Assembly (NCBI GenBank): GCA_013115125.1 | Contig: JABANN010000103.1 | Span: forward strand, 1 to 64,000 | Direction: 5' to 3' | Source: Perkinsus olseni | Taxonomy: Eukaryota | DNA length: 64,000 bases | Shown here: piece after piece, positions 22,765-34,569 of the stretch | Layout of the letters: every line of letters starts with the position of its first letter | How positions within the stretch are numbered: position 1 is the stretch's first letter | Program-made: the position numbers and the translations under genes | The notes under the pieces: generated by a model | Told to the model about the DNA's origin: nothing | The model's database searches: none | Seen by the model: only the letters and a program-made list of their open reading frames with translations

Positions 22765-25668
22765 ATGCACAAGTATAAACTCGTAGCGAAAAAAGGTGAA
22801 GGCACTTTCAGCGAGGTGACCCTCTTGGGCTACCTCTGAGGGGCTAGGTTCCGTGTTGTCAGGTCCTGAAGGCTCAGTCCCTCAAGACTAGTCGGCACTA
22901 TGCAATCAAGTGCATGAAGAACACTTTCGAATCGATTGAACAAGTAAGAGCTTCACCGGCTTGTTTTATTCGAGAGTGGCGTCGTTTCAGGTAAATAACT
23001 TGCGGGAGATTCAAGCTCTCCGTCGCCTAAGCGGCCACCGGCATATAATCAAGTTGCATGAAGTGAATCGTCGTTGTCGGGTGGATGAGGTCAGCTGCCT
23101 TTACCAGGTACTTTATGATGAGCCCTCTGGACGCCTTGCTTTAGTCATGGAGCTTATGGACATGAACCTGTGAGCAAGTGTAACGTTGACTTGTCACTCA
23201 ACGGCTTGATGCGACAGATACGAGGCAATTAAGAACCGGCGGCATCATGTCCCTGAAGTTAAAGTAAGCGCATGGATGTATCAGTTGGTGGGTTGAAAAT
23301 TGGGCGTGTGGCGTATGAATTATGCAGTATCCATCAGATGCTCGCGGTGGACCACATGCACAAGAACGGCATCTTCCACCGAGACATCAAACCAGAAAAC
23401 CTCCTAATGGTACGATAAGGTCCATTGCCTTCTCGAAGCATTGCTATGGCCAGCAGGTTGACGATACTTTGAAGTTGGCAGACCTGGGGAGCTGTCGGGG
23501 GATCTACTCGAGACAACCGTACACTGAGTAGGATGATCGGCCTAAGTATTGTGTAATCTGGTTATGCTGCTAGTTACATAAGTACTCGTTGGTACCGGTC
23601 GCCAGAGTGCCTTCTGACCGACGGCTACTATACGTAAGGACATATTCATTAACAGGGATACTATTCCTCTCTCAGGTACAAAATGGATATCTGGGGTGCC
23701 GGGTGTGTATTCTTCGAAGTCATGGCCCTCTTCCCGCTCTTCCCCGGCACCGACGAGACCGACCAGGTATCCAAAATTCATTCAGTCCTAGGTGAGAGTT
23801 CGCCTTGCAGGCATGTTGCAGTACTACACGATTGAGCCTAGGTACTCCGCCAGCTGAGCTGTTAGAAAGGTTCAAAAGGCACGGTCCGGAGTTTATGGAC
23901 TTCAATTTTCCGGACCAAGAGGGCACTGGTATGTGGTATACAGTAGACCATGGCCTCGCCATTGTCGTGCCATGATTCAGGAATAGCCAGGATGCTGCCA
24001 CACGCATCCTCAGAACTTATTGTGCTCTTGAAAGAACTTCTGGCCTACAATCCAGGTTAGGCGGCTTCGGTTGCTCTGAGAGGAAGTCACTATCCTTGCA
24101 GACGACCGTATCACTGCTCACCAAGCGCTCGGTAGACCATACTTCGCCAAAAACCGCGAGGAGGTGGGGTGTATGCGGTACAATCAAGGTAATCGTGAAT
24201 CTTTTAGGATCCCAACTACGTCGATGAGGAAGCCGTGTCCACAAGAGCTACCAGTGGTCAACCAGCAGCCAATGCAGGTGTGAGAACTCTCACTGGCATG
24301 CCTTCCGAGACAATACCGGAGGTTCCTACTCTTATTATGCCTACCCCAGCGGCAACTGCCTTGGGTGAGTTCATATTGAGCGCAAGCTGATGCTGCGTAA
24401 AGCCCTTTCGTGGCCTGAAAGCCCGGTGATGGCAGACCTGGATGACTCTCATGCGGATCCTGAGATGACCGCCCCGAGTCACAGGAGACTTCCGGATGAA
24501 GAGGACGAGAAGGGGTCATTTCACCGTATCTTCTGCGCTGCATGCTCTCTCCCGCCAGGCACCCAGTTAGTAGCCGCCGGCTACATCGCCAGCAACAGCA
24601 ACAACACGCAAATCAGCAACAATCGTCTCTCGCACCGTAAGGAACATTTTGACTACCCGGATACCATCCACGTTCATTCTGGCAGGAGCACGATGACTAC
24701 TGATGTGTGGCAACGAGGCTCACAAGGGGCTGCCGGGAATGGCAAGGGACGCAAGTATGGCTTTCTCACGGATGCATGAATATTTTCTTTTTGTAGATTC
24801 AATGAAACTATCCCGTTCGTTCGCCATCCGGCGCCATTTGATCCACATCAGTTTGTTGCTGAGAGGGTTATGCTGCAGCCACGAGAATCACTGCATGCTA
24901 TAGCAGAGGGCACTCAAGAGAGTTTACCTCCGTTGCCGCTAGGCAGAATGAAACAAGGAACCGGGTCAGGTAATTCGCTGCAATCTTTTTCCGAGAATGC
25001 GCCGCGTGCAGCATTTCTTGGTAACTCACCCCGAGCGGAAGCGAAATAGCTCGTTGTAGAGTGTCCTACTCCGCTCCTTTCTTAGGTTGGCCTGGCGTGG
25101 CCCACATTTCCCATGCTTACAGCACTCATCATCATCCTACAGTTCACAGTTCGTCAACGCTGGGGTCGGGGCGGTCGAGCTACTCCTATGGTCACGCGTC
25201 GAATCCCATGGGGGCAACGAGCGGCTCGGCAGTGTTCAAGAATTCTAACAAGAGGGGTGGAAAAGGAGTCGGGAAGAATGGAAATGGTGTGTCACAGTGC
25301 GCTAATTTCGCCGCGCTCCTTTCGTTCTGCCTTTGAGGGCGGTGGTATTCCGGACAACAACTTCCTCCATCAGTCTTCGTGTCCTCATCTGTGAGATTGG
25401 AAATTGTCATATTCAGGCCATCGGCGTGGCAACCATGCGAAGTCGTCAATGATGGCATCCACGTCTTACGGAGGGAAAGGTGGCTTTAGAAGGCATCCCC
25501 AAAACCTTGCATCCCTAGTTGGAGGACCGTCCGGCAGCGTTGCCGGGGCGGGGACGAGTAGGTCACACCTGTTGCTGCTTGTCTAGTTGGGTTCTGGCAG
25601 ACAGCACACGTAACATGGCAGAAGGTGGCGGAAGTGCTTACGGACGCTTGGATCCCTACAACTCGTAA
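22765..25668 (+). CDS. MOK: CMGC kinase, RCK family, MOK/LF4-like
   Basis: MHKYKLVAKKGEGTFSEV, YAIKCMK, VNNLREIQALRRLSGH, LYDEPSGRLALVMELMDMNL, IFHRDIKPENLL, LKLADLGSCRGIYSRQPYT[D]YISTRWYRSPECLLTDGYY, KMDIWGAGCVFFEV; long low-complexity C-tail. End approximate. Confidence 0.9.
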
Positions 25669-26537
25669 TGATCCTGTGGGACGTTGAGATTATCTCAATG
25701 AGATACGGGCATTGAGAACCCGGCACTCGTAGCCCGCTTCATTGACAGCTGCTTGACATTCATCGCTGCTGGCTCACGAATCGATTTTCGTACTACTGAG
25801 CCTTGAAAAGCCTATTTAGCCTATTGTAAGAGTGTCTTGCCCATGCGACTATGTCTTGATACTTAGGTACATGAGTCGCACCTCAATGAGTCTTGCGGCG
25901 GGAGGCGGTAGTCGGCTGAGTAAGCAGCGTAGCTACCGGAGATGAACGAATTAGACATACTCCGTTCCACGACATGAATATGTTGTTCGCAGGACTGATC
26001 GTATGGATCACATGTATTGAGTTGTGGGTAGTAACGTGTTTCTTAGAAGAACATCTGGGCAACATGCAAATTAAGAATTCGGTGTGGTTCACTGACCTCG
26101 GGTGAATCTCAAAGTCATCCGTCCTTCGCATCGCATTTGGCGTTGCCGTGATGGCGATATCTCCTTTCGACAGTTGTTGATAGAGCAGTCATACAATGGA
26201 TTTGATATGCTTATCGCCAAAGCGTCGTTTTGGAGTATCGCCCCCTCTCACGTCTAGAGTTGTCGATGATAGTATGATATGTATGATAGTAGCACTAACT
26301 ATGTGTGTTAGTATGAGTTGGATTCTCCCCGGGTCTTGGAACTCGGCGGAGGTCTTTGTGTCAGTGGGGTCTGATACTGTCGTTGAATAATGTCTTAGCT
26401 CAGATTTACTATTTGCTTGTAAGAGATGGTAGCCAGGAGGTCAAGCTGGGTTATACAATCGGCAATACTGGATTTTATCTGAACGCTGTCCGCCGAGGGC
26501 GTTGCTCACCCCCTCATCGCAGTATTTATGGTTTTTT

Positions 26538-27250
26538 ATGTTGTGGAGAGTTCCTAGACCCTCGGTACAGATCCCACGGAGGGCTTTTGCTAGCAAGAGA
26601 AGAATACTAGAGGGCCCACAACCAGAGCGGCCGAAGACGCATAAAGGAGTATTACGATTGTCAAATGCAAAGTAATACTGGCCTAGCACTCCTGAGGTAT
26701 CAGCTGATGGATGAGTGCTCGCATCGTCACTGGCTGGAGTGAATTGTTTTCTTATTCTGTCGAACCCAAGGCTTCTATCGGAGTCACCCATGCAAGTCAG
26801 GGGTCGCATTCGAGCCGTACGAGGCTGTCGAGCGCGTAGTTGTCAATATAAGAGACTTTCGGGTGGTAATCTTGTTGCAGCAGCAGCATCGTCGGTGTTC
26901 CTGATATCATATGGCGTTGGTGTTTCAGCCCACTGACTCCTGCTGAAAGGATCAAGAGGGATAGCCGAATAGAGGATCTTCGCGTACAGGTTAGGACCTT
27001 GTCCGAGGCTGGGGTGGGAGAGAGAATGAGGGACAAAGATGTACCTGAATGATAAAAATGCATGGCTAACTACTTCGAATTTTTTCATTATCAGGAGCTC
27101 AGGATGGAAAAGAAAATGCTGACCAGTAATGTCGTAGTGAGGAGGTCGGTCGGTGGGCTGGATGAGACTGTGGGCGAATACACTTACGTGCTCATTAGGA
27201 TCAACTTTCCGGAGTCGCCTTACATTGGCTATGATGGAAGGCAGAGGTAG
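26538..27250 (+). CDS. Spliced hypothetical protein with basic, mitochondrial-presequence-like N-terminus
   Basis: MLWRVPRPSVQIPRRAFASKRR... exons through PLTPAERIKRDSRIEDLRVQ|ELRMEKK...GYDGRQR*. Confidence 0.4.
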
Positions 27251-27435
27251 TGTCTTACATGCTTTCACCCAGCCGAATTGTTGCTTCTCAAAGCTTGAGC
27301 TCCTTGAAGAGGTCGCTGTGGCCAACTCGTCTGAAACGGCCCTCTAATATTTTGAACTATCCGGTCGCGAGATGAGATAACCCGTACTCACTCGGCTGGT
27401 TCTATGCGTCATTTCATATTTACCACACTAGGTAG

Positions 27436-28099
27436 ATGCCCTGCTACTCCAGGTTGGCTCGATTCCCATGGCCGGTGTTGTATCGCTGAACTTTTTTTCT
27501 GCGCTTGCTCACTATTTAACTGACTTACAGGTGCGGGCGGAGTCGCTATGAGTACTTGATATCCGTCAGTTACCCCGGCCATCCTCTCAATTTCGATTGC
27601 CTCCGCCCCATCCCTCCTAACTGCATGAACTCCCCCCTGGACCGGGCGATCAGAGAAGTCCCATGGCAAGCTAGGTCGGAGATTCTGGATAGCCGCATTG
27701 TCGAACCCAAGTATATGGACGAGTGCAAAGGTACTGAGATGTAGTGGTCATAGTCCAGTCTAATGCGCCGTTCGATACTGTTTCTGTTCCTCTCACTCCG
27801 GTTCGGATGTAATTGCTACAAAGTTAAAGTGGCCAGATAGGAGCCTCGTTAGTGTTCCGTGGTCTGTCAAGGTACCCCTCGGCAGGAGTACCAGGAGGGT
27901 TTGGTAGACGGCATACGAGTGCGACAGGTTTTCAATCCTTACGTTAAGATGGACAATTATCAAACCAACGTAGGGGGTGAGAAAAGACACCGGGTGTGTC
28001 ACGCGTCTCTTGTGGCAGATGTACAACTACTGGGATTCTCGTGATAATAACTCTTGGAACCCCAGGAAAACATCGTTAAGAGGAGGCAGGAAAATGTAG
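27436..28099 (+). CDS. Small spliced hypothetical protein
   Basis: Exons CGRSRYEYLISVSYPGHPLNFDCLRPIPPNCMNSPLDRAIREVPWQAR, YPSAGVPGGFGRRHT and MYNYWDSRDNNSWNPRKTSLRGGRKM*. Start uncertain. Confidence 0.4.
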
Positions 28100-28215
28100 G
28101 GCATGGTACTCGCTGACTTGCATTTTTTTCCTATGAGCCATGGGCGTGTAAGCGTCGCTTACTAAGCGATACTCCGCATTCACACATGTCGTGCGCCATT
28201 GTGAGGGTCGATTTT

Positions 28216-28247
<32 letters not shown>
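28216..28247. repeat. (GCAA)8 microsatellite
   Basis: Eight perfect GCAA units. Confidence 0.95.
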
Positions 28248-28269
28248 TGGCCGAGGGGAGCGTGATCAG

Positions 28270-29250
28270 CCCGACTTAAGCCGCGGCTCTGGGTCTACTA
28301 TCGGAGGATGGTTTCGGGTTAAGTTCCTCAGCGTGTTAGTCGTACGAGAAATACTTTGATGGATGAATATCCGTTAGAGCTCTTTTGCAGTGCAAAGTTC
28401 TGAGCAGAAGAGTGTGCACCACGGAATCCTGGCCAAGAGTTGATCTGTACTTGCTTGCCCGATATTTGTAGCCCTCGGTTTCGACGAACAGGTACAACAT
28501 CCCGGAAGATCTTTTCCCCTACAAGGACGAGTTGGGCGAGTGGCACCCTCCCAGAATATCGGGAAGATATGCGGCTGATGTATTATACAAATTGGGGCAC
28601 TGCAGAAGCGCCCTTGTCTTTCTTGATGGACAGGTCCGCAAGCAGTACTATATACATAGTTTGCCATGGGTTTGGGACCAAGATGCTATGGATGCTGGAA
28701 AAAAGCACCTTATGGATCGAGAGCCTCTGGGCAACAAACGATGGTATTTATTTATCGCATGCATGTCATGAGAGGGTCTCCAGGTCTTCTGGTGGCTCCA
28801 CCCCGGGGTTGGATTCACTGCGCCGGTATAGACTGCGATTTGTCTCGAATCGCTCATCACCATACGTTCACGGTTCGTCGAGGGATCACGGTAGCCTGTT
28901 TTCATTCTGTTACTTCCCATCTTGTATGAGACGCATGTGACGAGAGCACATCGAGCAGCTAACTAGCTTCAAAATGATGAACTTGTATTCCGTGGACGGT
29001 GAATGCGTCGTCACTCTAAGGTTCCGTAGAGAGTATAGGAAAGCCAAGACAGCCGAGGCATTGAGGGGGATGGACGCCCTCGTCGAGGAGTATAGGAGGG
29101 AGACGAGAGCTGCGAAACCGTAGGCTTGCTGGTAGAGCCGGCTCCGTAGGTATGGACAGGTACACTTGGTTCGAGAGAACGGTACATGAGATCGCCGGGA
29201 ACCAAATAGCGCCGAAATACGTGCGAGTCCGAAAGTTGCCAAAAATGTAG
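28270..29250 (+). CDS. Probable mitochondrial ribosomal protein mL59 (MRP-L25 domain)
   Basis: PYKDELGEWHPPRISGRYAADV|RKQYYIHSLPW...GNKRW|FRREYRKAKTAEALRGMDALVEEYRRE resembles the mL59 pattern (W..P..S.R..A...K; K...R...I..AL..M). Start not resolved. Confidence 0.6.
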
Positions 29251-29362
29251 TCGCGGTCCATGCGGTAGTATCCATCGTGTTTCTGAGGCCGGGACGTTGT
29301 TGAGTTCAAGTGGTGAAGTAGAAATTAACTTCCGTATTTGAAGTATTTTCCATTGTGGATTA

Positions 29363-31110
29363 ATGGACGCTGGAGCGGCAGGAGACGGTAGTTTGGGCTA
29401 GGGGGCGTTCGTCCATCGATTCGTCGTTTTAGCTAATAACGGATGGTGCACGATCGAGTCGGACCCTGGAGTCTTTACAGAGCTCTGTGAGGACCTAGGA
29501 GTGAAGGATGTTCAATTCAAGGAGCTTTACTCCCTAGATGAGGAGACACTGAAGTTGGAGTAGTAGTGGGCCGTCGGACAGTGGGTTTGGTACGGTTCGC
29601 TCGGAATTGCGAACTTGAACCGGCTCGAGCAAAGTCTTGAATTCGACACCACGGTGATGTTCTATGTTGAGATGCTGCCATCAGCAGCAGTTGGAGGCTG
29701 GGCGTGCTGGGAGATTGCTCGTGTCTGGTAGAATTCCGCTCCGAAGTGGACTCGGCGATATGACCATTGACGGTCACGCGAAGTTACTGTCATCTGTCCC
29801 TCAGATGCGCTAATGTTCCAATATACGGCCTCGTATTCCTATTCAAGTGGGACAAGGAAGTAGAGGATCAACGTAACTGTTCCGATGTATGACTTCTTCT
29901 GCACGATCCAGCGTAGGCACTCCGTTGGTGCCTCCACCAGAAGGCATGTTCTACGCCTCTCAAGTCATCAATAATGCGTGTGCAACTCAAGCTATTCTCT
30001 CGGTATTCAAGGGCTTGGGCTAAGTTACCGCACAAAAGGCAGTGTTCAGGTACTACTCAATGCTCAAGGTTTGGAGATCGGCGACGTTCTGACCAATGTC
30101 AGAGACTTCACGTAATAATCGGGCTGAAATTCTATGGTACCGGTTCGAATTTTGTATGGGTCGAAACTCCGGCATAAGAGGAACTCAAATTCCGCAGCCA
30201 TAGGTATTGAGAACATAACGTGATTGTCTTTTGGCAGCGCTGGATTCGATGCGGATACTCGTGGGTGGGCTATTGGGAACTCAGAAGAAATCCGGAAAGC
30301 TCACAACTCATTCCGGCCACAAGCGAGCTTCGACGTGGTAGTATCGATCACTGGGAGCCGCTACATACGATGTCATACGCTTTTCTCCCAGGAGCAAAGA
30401 GAGGAAGGACCGAAGGAGGATGCCTTCCATTTCGTCGCTTATATCCCATTCAAGGTGGGGTATAGAACGGAATCGATACTTACGTCACATTTTTTTGTTA
30501 GGGTGGTCTCTATGAATTGGACGGCCTTAGAGGTGGGCCTATTTTCTTGGAGGCCACTGACGGTGACTGGACGAAAGGAGCGCTGAAGTACGTCCAGGAG
30601 AAGATCGGCAAGTTTGCGCAGACCTCGGAGGGGACCCAAACTGGTGAAATTCGATTCAACTTGATGGTGGTGTGCGGGGACAAGCGCAAGGCTCTGCGCA
30701 AGCAGATAGACGAGTAAGCAGCCGCGCTGATTGGGCCGAATCACGGTGCATGTCCTAGACTCACTAAGGCCATGGGAGAGTCGAGTGATGACGTGGTCGA
30801 GCTGAGAGCTCAGTTGGAGAATGAGGAGAATACTCGGGCTAAGTGGAAGGTGGGCTTATGAGCGGAGTGCCCATTCGATTACTGCAAGGGTTGACTGCCT
30901 CAGACTGAGAACGAACGACGTCGACATGATTATACTCCCTTCATACTCACAGGTAAAGAACTTGCTCGGGTTGGATGCATGCTTTTCGGATTTCCTTCAG
31001 CCCTTCGACTTTTGGCCGAAAAAGGTCAGCTGATGGAAGCCTTTAAGAAGGGCAAAGCATTCTCCGAGCATCAACGTGCTAATAGACGTCAAGCCGAGAA
31101 GAGCGATTGA
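29363..31110 (+). CDS. UCHL5: Ubiquitin C-terminal hydrolase UCHL5/UCH37
   Basis: [43 protein letters not shown] (catalytic Cys), [28 protein letters not shown] (His), LYELDGL (Asp), [10 protein letters not shown]-terminal [14 protein letters not shown]. Confidence 0.95.
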
Positions 31111-31813
31111 ATGTGCTAGTTTCCGCAGAGTTTGTTGCGTTTTACGGGTAAGAGAGTAGCAACAATTCCTGCGTACACACATATAGGATATGCTCGGCAG
31201 TTCTCTCGTACAGTATGGTACGCTAGAGATACAGTTCGCCATTCGTGCGTTCCATGCATCAGCCGCGGTCGATACGTGCATGTCAATAGCCAGCTTCCCC
31301 TCGCTGATGTCTCCAACGCGAGCGCTATTCAATGCGGTGTCAAATACGTCTGAGTACGTCAGTGCATGATATAGAACCGCCCGCCCATTGCAAGATGGTG
31401 GCAGAGAATGGTGGCATCTTCGGCTGCTGATGTTCTCGACTTGGATGCAGCAAGATAGGAGAGCTCGGGCTCGTCATGGAGAACAGAGTGCGATCTACTG
31501 TGAGGCTCTCTGCTTGCTACGAGCGCCTGATCCAATGCTCGAATTAGCGTAAGTGAGGGAGGGTCTGCTACTAGGCCTTTGCGAATCGCGCCTTCCCCTT
31601 CGTAAGCCAATACCACTTCCCCCGCGATATCCCTCTTGTGGGACTCTGAAACGGGAAAGATGGAGCTTCGCAGTGCAGGGCAGCGATCAACATCTTACTC
31701 CGTTGCATTCTAGCCTCCGAATGTATGGTCACCCTCGTACCAGACGATTGCGTGCTCAAAACGTATAACATCCTGTCGTCGCAAAAATACTCATCCCTGG
31801 TACAAAAGAACTA

Positions 31814-31885
31814 AGCCACCTGCCGGGATTGAACCGACGACCTTCTGCTTACGAAGCAGACGCTCTACCACTAAGCTAAGGTGGC
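31814..31885 (-). tRNA. trnT: tRNA-Thr(CGT)
   Basis: Reverse complement GCCACCTTAGCTTAGTGGTAGAGCGTCTGCTTCGTAAGCAGAAGGTCGTCGGTTCAATCCCGGCAGGTGGCT folds as a full cloverleaf with anticodon CGT; short T-run downstream. Confidence 0.97.
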
Positions 31886-32386
31886 TACTAACAGTATGAC
31901 TGAGTGCTTCATTACATTCTCCGAGATTTCAGTTCGTGACTCACATGATAGCCAGTGCATCCCCGATCAATGTAGATTGTGGTAAACCCACAATGACTGC
32001 CGTCATCTCGCCATGGCGTCCAGATGAACCTAATTCGAGAGAGTTTATCTCGTAAGATGGCTGACTGGTCGATAGATTCCGCACTCACCGAAGGACGAGT
32101 CTGCGCCAATGACGGCACGTTCTGATCTCGTGCCAGCTAGGTCCTGCACAGTCGAGGACGAAATCATGGGCCCGAGCGGGCTTTTGCATATAACGGGTCT
32201 TTGTAGGCATCACAAAACTGCGCCGGTATCGCCTCATTCAGCCCACCTTGCATATTATCTGGTGATGGTCTGATATGATTCTGTTCGCCTTTTTGGCAAC
32301 CTCAACACTGCCTGGGCAAAGGATAGGATTAGCCACTGACGTACGACTACCCTGAATGGGGCTAGTGCGGGGCACCCGGGATGGGG

Positions 32387-34516
32387 TCAGGTAGAGCACT
32401 CACCATTGCACATGCGACACGGAGTGAGGGCGCTGAGTACTTCTTCGATAATTCTATCTGTGGCGGACCTACAGTTGAGACAGCCTACGAAGCACTCAGG
32501 TTGATCCCGAGAAGCAGACTGACCAAGTAAGGCGACGACCTCGTACAACAGTAGAGGGGGGGCATCTGATTCGGCATCTCGCTCGACGTTGATCCACACC
32601 CGGTCGCTATCCTGGTCTTCTACAGCAAACCCATCCTGAGCATCTTGTCCCGTTATTAATGTCACAGCCTCAGTTGTCTCTTCCGCAGACAGTAGGGCAA
32701 TATCTTTAGTGCGATAACCCAGGTTGGCTAGCTCTCGAATTACCCTCAGCACGGAGCCCATATGCGGAATGACACCGAGCCACAGATGCCCAAGTGATCC
32801 ATTAAATCGTTCGAGACCAACTAGGCCCATAGTAGGGCTGCTCAGGGGCCGTAGAGAGCCTCCGTCCATGAAAGTAGCGATGATATGCTCCGCGCAGTCT
32901 CTGTCGGAGGTGAACCATACATCGCCTCGTACTAGCGCTCCGTTGCGCCATTTCGTCGTAATGAACTCCTTTACCACTTTATGGCAGCCCACCCGTCCCC
33001 GGAAGGCACAGTTGCACACAAAGTTTTTCGAGAAAAGGTTATGTTTGCGGTTACTGGAGCCGTAACATAGGGAGAGGGATTCTTCGAGAACTCCTTTCTG
33101 AACTTCATTGAGGCTGTCGCACACACGCACATCAACTCCTACGAGCTCTATCGTCGAAGCTACGGTGGGGATCTCGCCCTCGCGAACTATGATGGCGGGC
33201 GCGTCGAAAAAAATGCAGAAATCTTCGACCGGCGAAGCCAAACTTTCTGCGTTGTCACTGAAAATCGTCATGACCAAATCCTCCAACTCCGCTGCCTCGT
33301 TCTCAACTGCCTGTCTTGTCTTCTGAGTTTTAGAATCTCCGAGCTCGGTCACTCTGAACTGAGCATCGCTGAATAAGCCAATGTCTACACTGGGGTTCGG
33401 CCAACCTCGTTGCCGGTCACACCCAAATGACGCAGTCTCGAGAGCATCTTTCAGCCATTGTGCTGATAATTCTGGTCTCCGTTCGCATGTGCACTCTATC
33501 GATACCCGTCCTTTTTCTCTGCAGTCGATCCGTTGTACACCTCCGAGTCGTCTTACCAGAATACCGAGCAGAGTGCCAACCTCATGTTGCCTCAACTGTG
33601 GCAGAAATAGATCGACGGAGTAACCGGTCAACTCGTGATGGTGTAGAAGTGACCGTTTTGCTACAGAGCACGAGCAGGGCCCAGGAGGAAATGCGAAATC
33701 GAGATTGGACTTAAGGCGTACTGGGCTAATAGAAGGGAGTACTATGCCGGAGGTGAACTTCGCGTTGACACTGCCGGGGTCTGTCTTCTTAGCCAGGTTG
33801 TGATCACTTGGTCCCAGTATGCGGCGCAGAGTGTCGCCGCAGTTGGGTCCGCGAAAGCAAACGACCAGTTTGGGGTGCTCGTCGAGCAGTTGGCGCCCTA
33901 CAAATGGGAGCGGCGCATTTTGAGAATCCCCTCTCAAAGCCGCGGTACGAAGGCCGATGACTCTTATACCGCTTGTACTGGCAACTTCAATAAGGTACCT
34001 CAACGCTTCTCCGCATGAGATTGGCATGGTGATAGTCACGCTTTGTTCAAACTTCTCCGACGGAGAAGGAGCACCAAGGCACGTTGCGTGCGGGGGTGCC
34101 GTCAAATATCCGACTGCATCTGAGCTGTCCACTTTCCTCACACATGTATAGGAGCCCAGTTCTCGTGCCACGAAGGTCCAATCCTGGCGTTTAATCGCCG
34201 TGATAATCCTGTCACCTTGCCATTCTAAGGCAATCAGTGCATCTGGGTGACCCAGGACACAATAAGCTGCCCTTGAGGCTTCAGGGGTGAGAACACCGTC
34301 GGAGCCACAGTCGATTTCGAAGCACTCCAGTTGTGGTTCCAGGCAGGTTCTCAGCATAGACGTCATAACTGGGGATTGCGGACTTTCGCTAGCGCAGCTA
34401 GAGTGTCCGCTGTGGGTGGGACTTGAGCTCGCGGAATTGCATGACGAGCGCGGCTCTCGAATCTTAGCAGGCTGGGTCTCGGCCTGCGATACACTGGAGG
34501 TTGCCAGAGTCGTCAA
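32387..34516 (-). CDS. Large ORF containing a degenerate nucleoside-diphosphate-kinase-like domain
   Basis: 709-codon open frame; LVVCFRGPNCGDTLRRILGPSDHNLAKKTDPGSVNAKF resembles the NDK C-terminal half, but no N.vHGSD motif follows. May be spliced to upstream exons. Confidence 0.65.
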   Translation of the reverse strand: MTTLATSSVSQAETQPAKIREPRSSCNSASSSPTHSGHSSCASESPQSPVMTSMLRTCLEPQLECFEIDCGSDGVLTPEASRAAYCVLGHPDALIALEWQGDRIITAIKRQDWTFVARELGSYTCVRKVDSSDAVGYLTAPPHATCLGAPSPSEKFEQSVTITMPISCGEALRYLIEVASTSGIRVIGLRTAALRGDSQNAPLPFVGRQLLDEHPKLVVCFRGPNCGDTLRRILGPSDHNLAKKTDPGSVNAKFTSGIVLPSISPVRLKSNLDFAFPPGPCSCSVAKRSLLHHHELTGYSVDLFLPQLRQHEVGTLLGILVRRLGGVQRIDCREKGRVSIECTCERRPELSAQWLKDALETASFGCDRQRGWPNPSVDIGLFSDAQFRVTELGDSKTQKTRQAVENEAAELEDLVMTIFSDNAESLASPVEDFCIFFDAPAIIVREGEIPTVASTIELVGVDVRVCDSLNEVQKGVLEESLSLCYGSSNRKHNLFSKNFVCNCAFRGRVGCHKVVKEFITTKWRNGALVRGDVWFTSDRDCAEHIIATFMDGGSLRPLSSPTMGLVGLERFNGSLGHLWLGVIPHMGSVLRVIRELANLGYRTKDIALLSAEETTEAVTLITGQDAQDGFAVEDQDSDRVWINVERDAESDAPPLLLYEVVALLGQSASRDQPECFVGCLNCRSATDRIIEEVLSALTPCRMCNGECST

Positions 34517-34569
34517 CGATCGACTGAGAAAAGGATCGTTTCTCTTGCAGCGTTGAACGAGCGTGTAAA

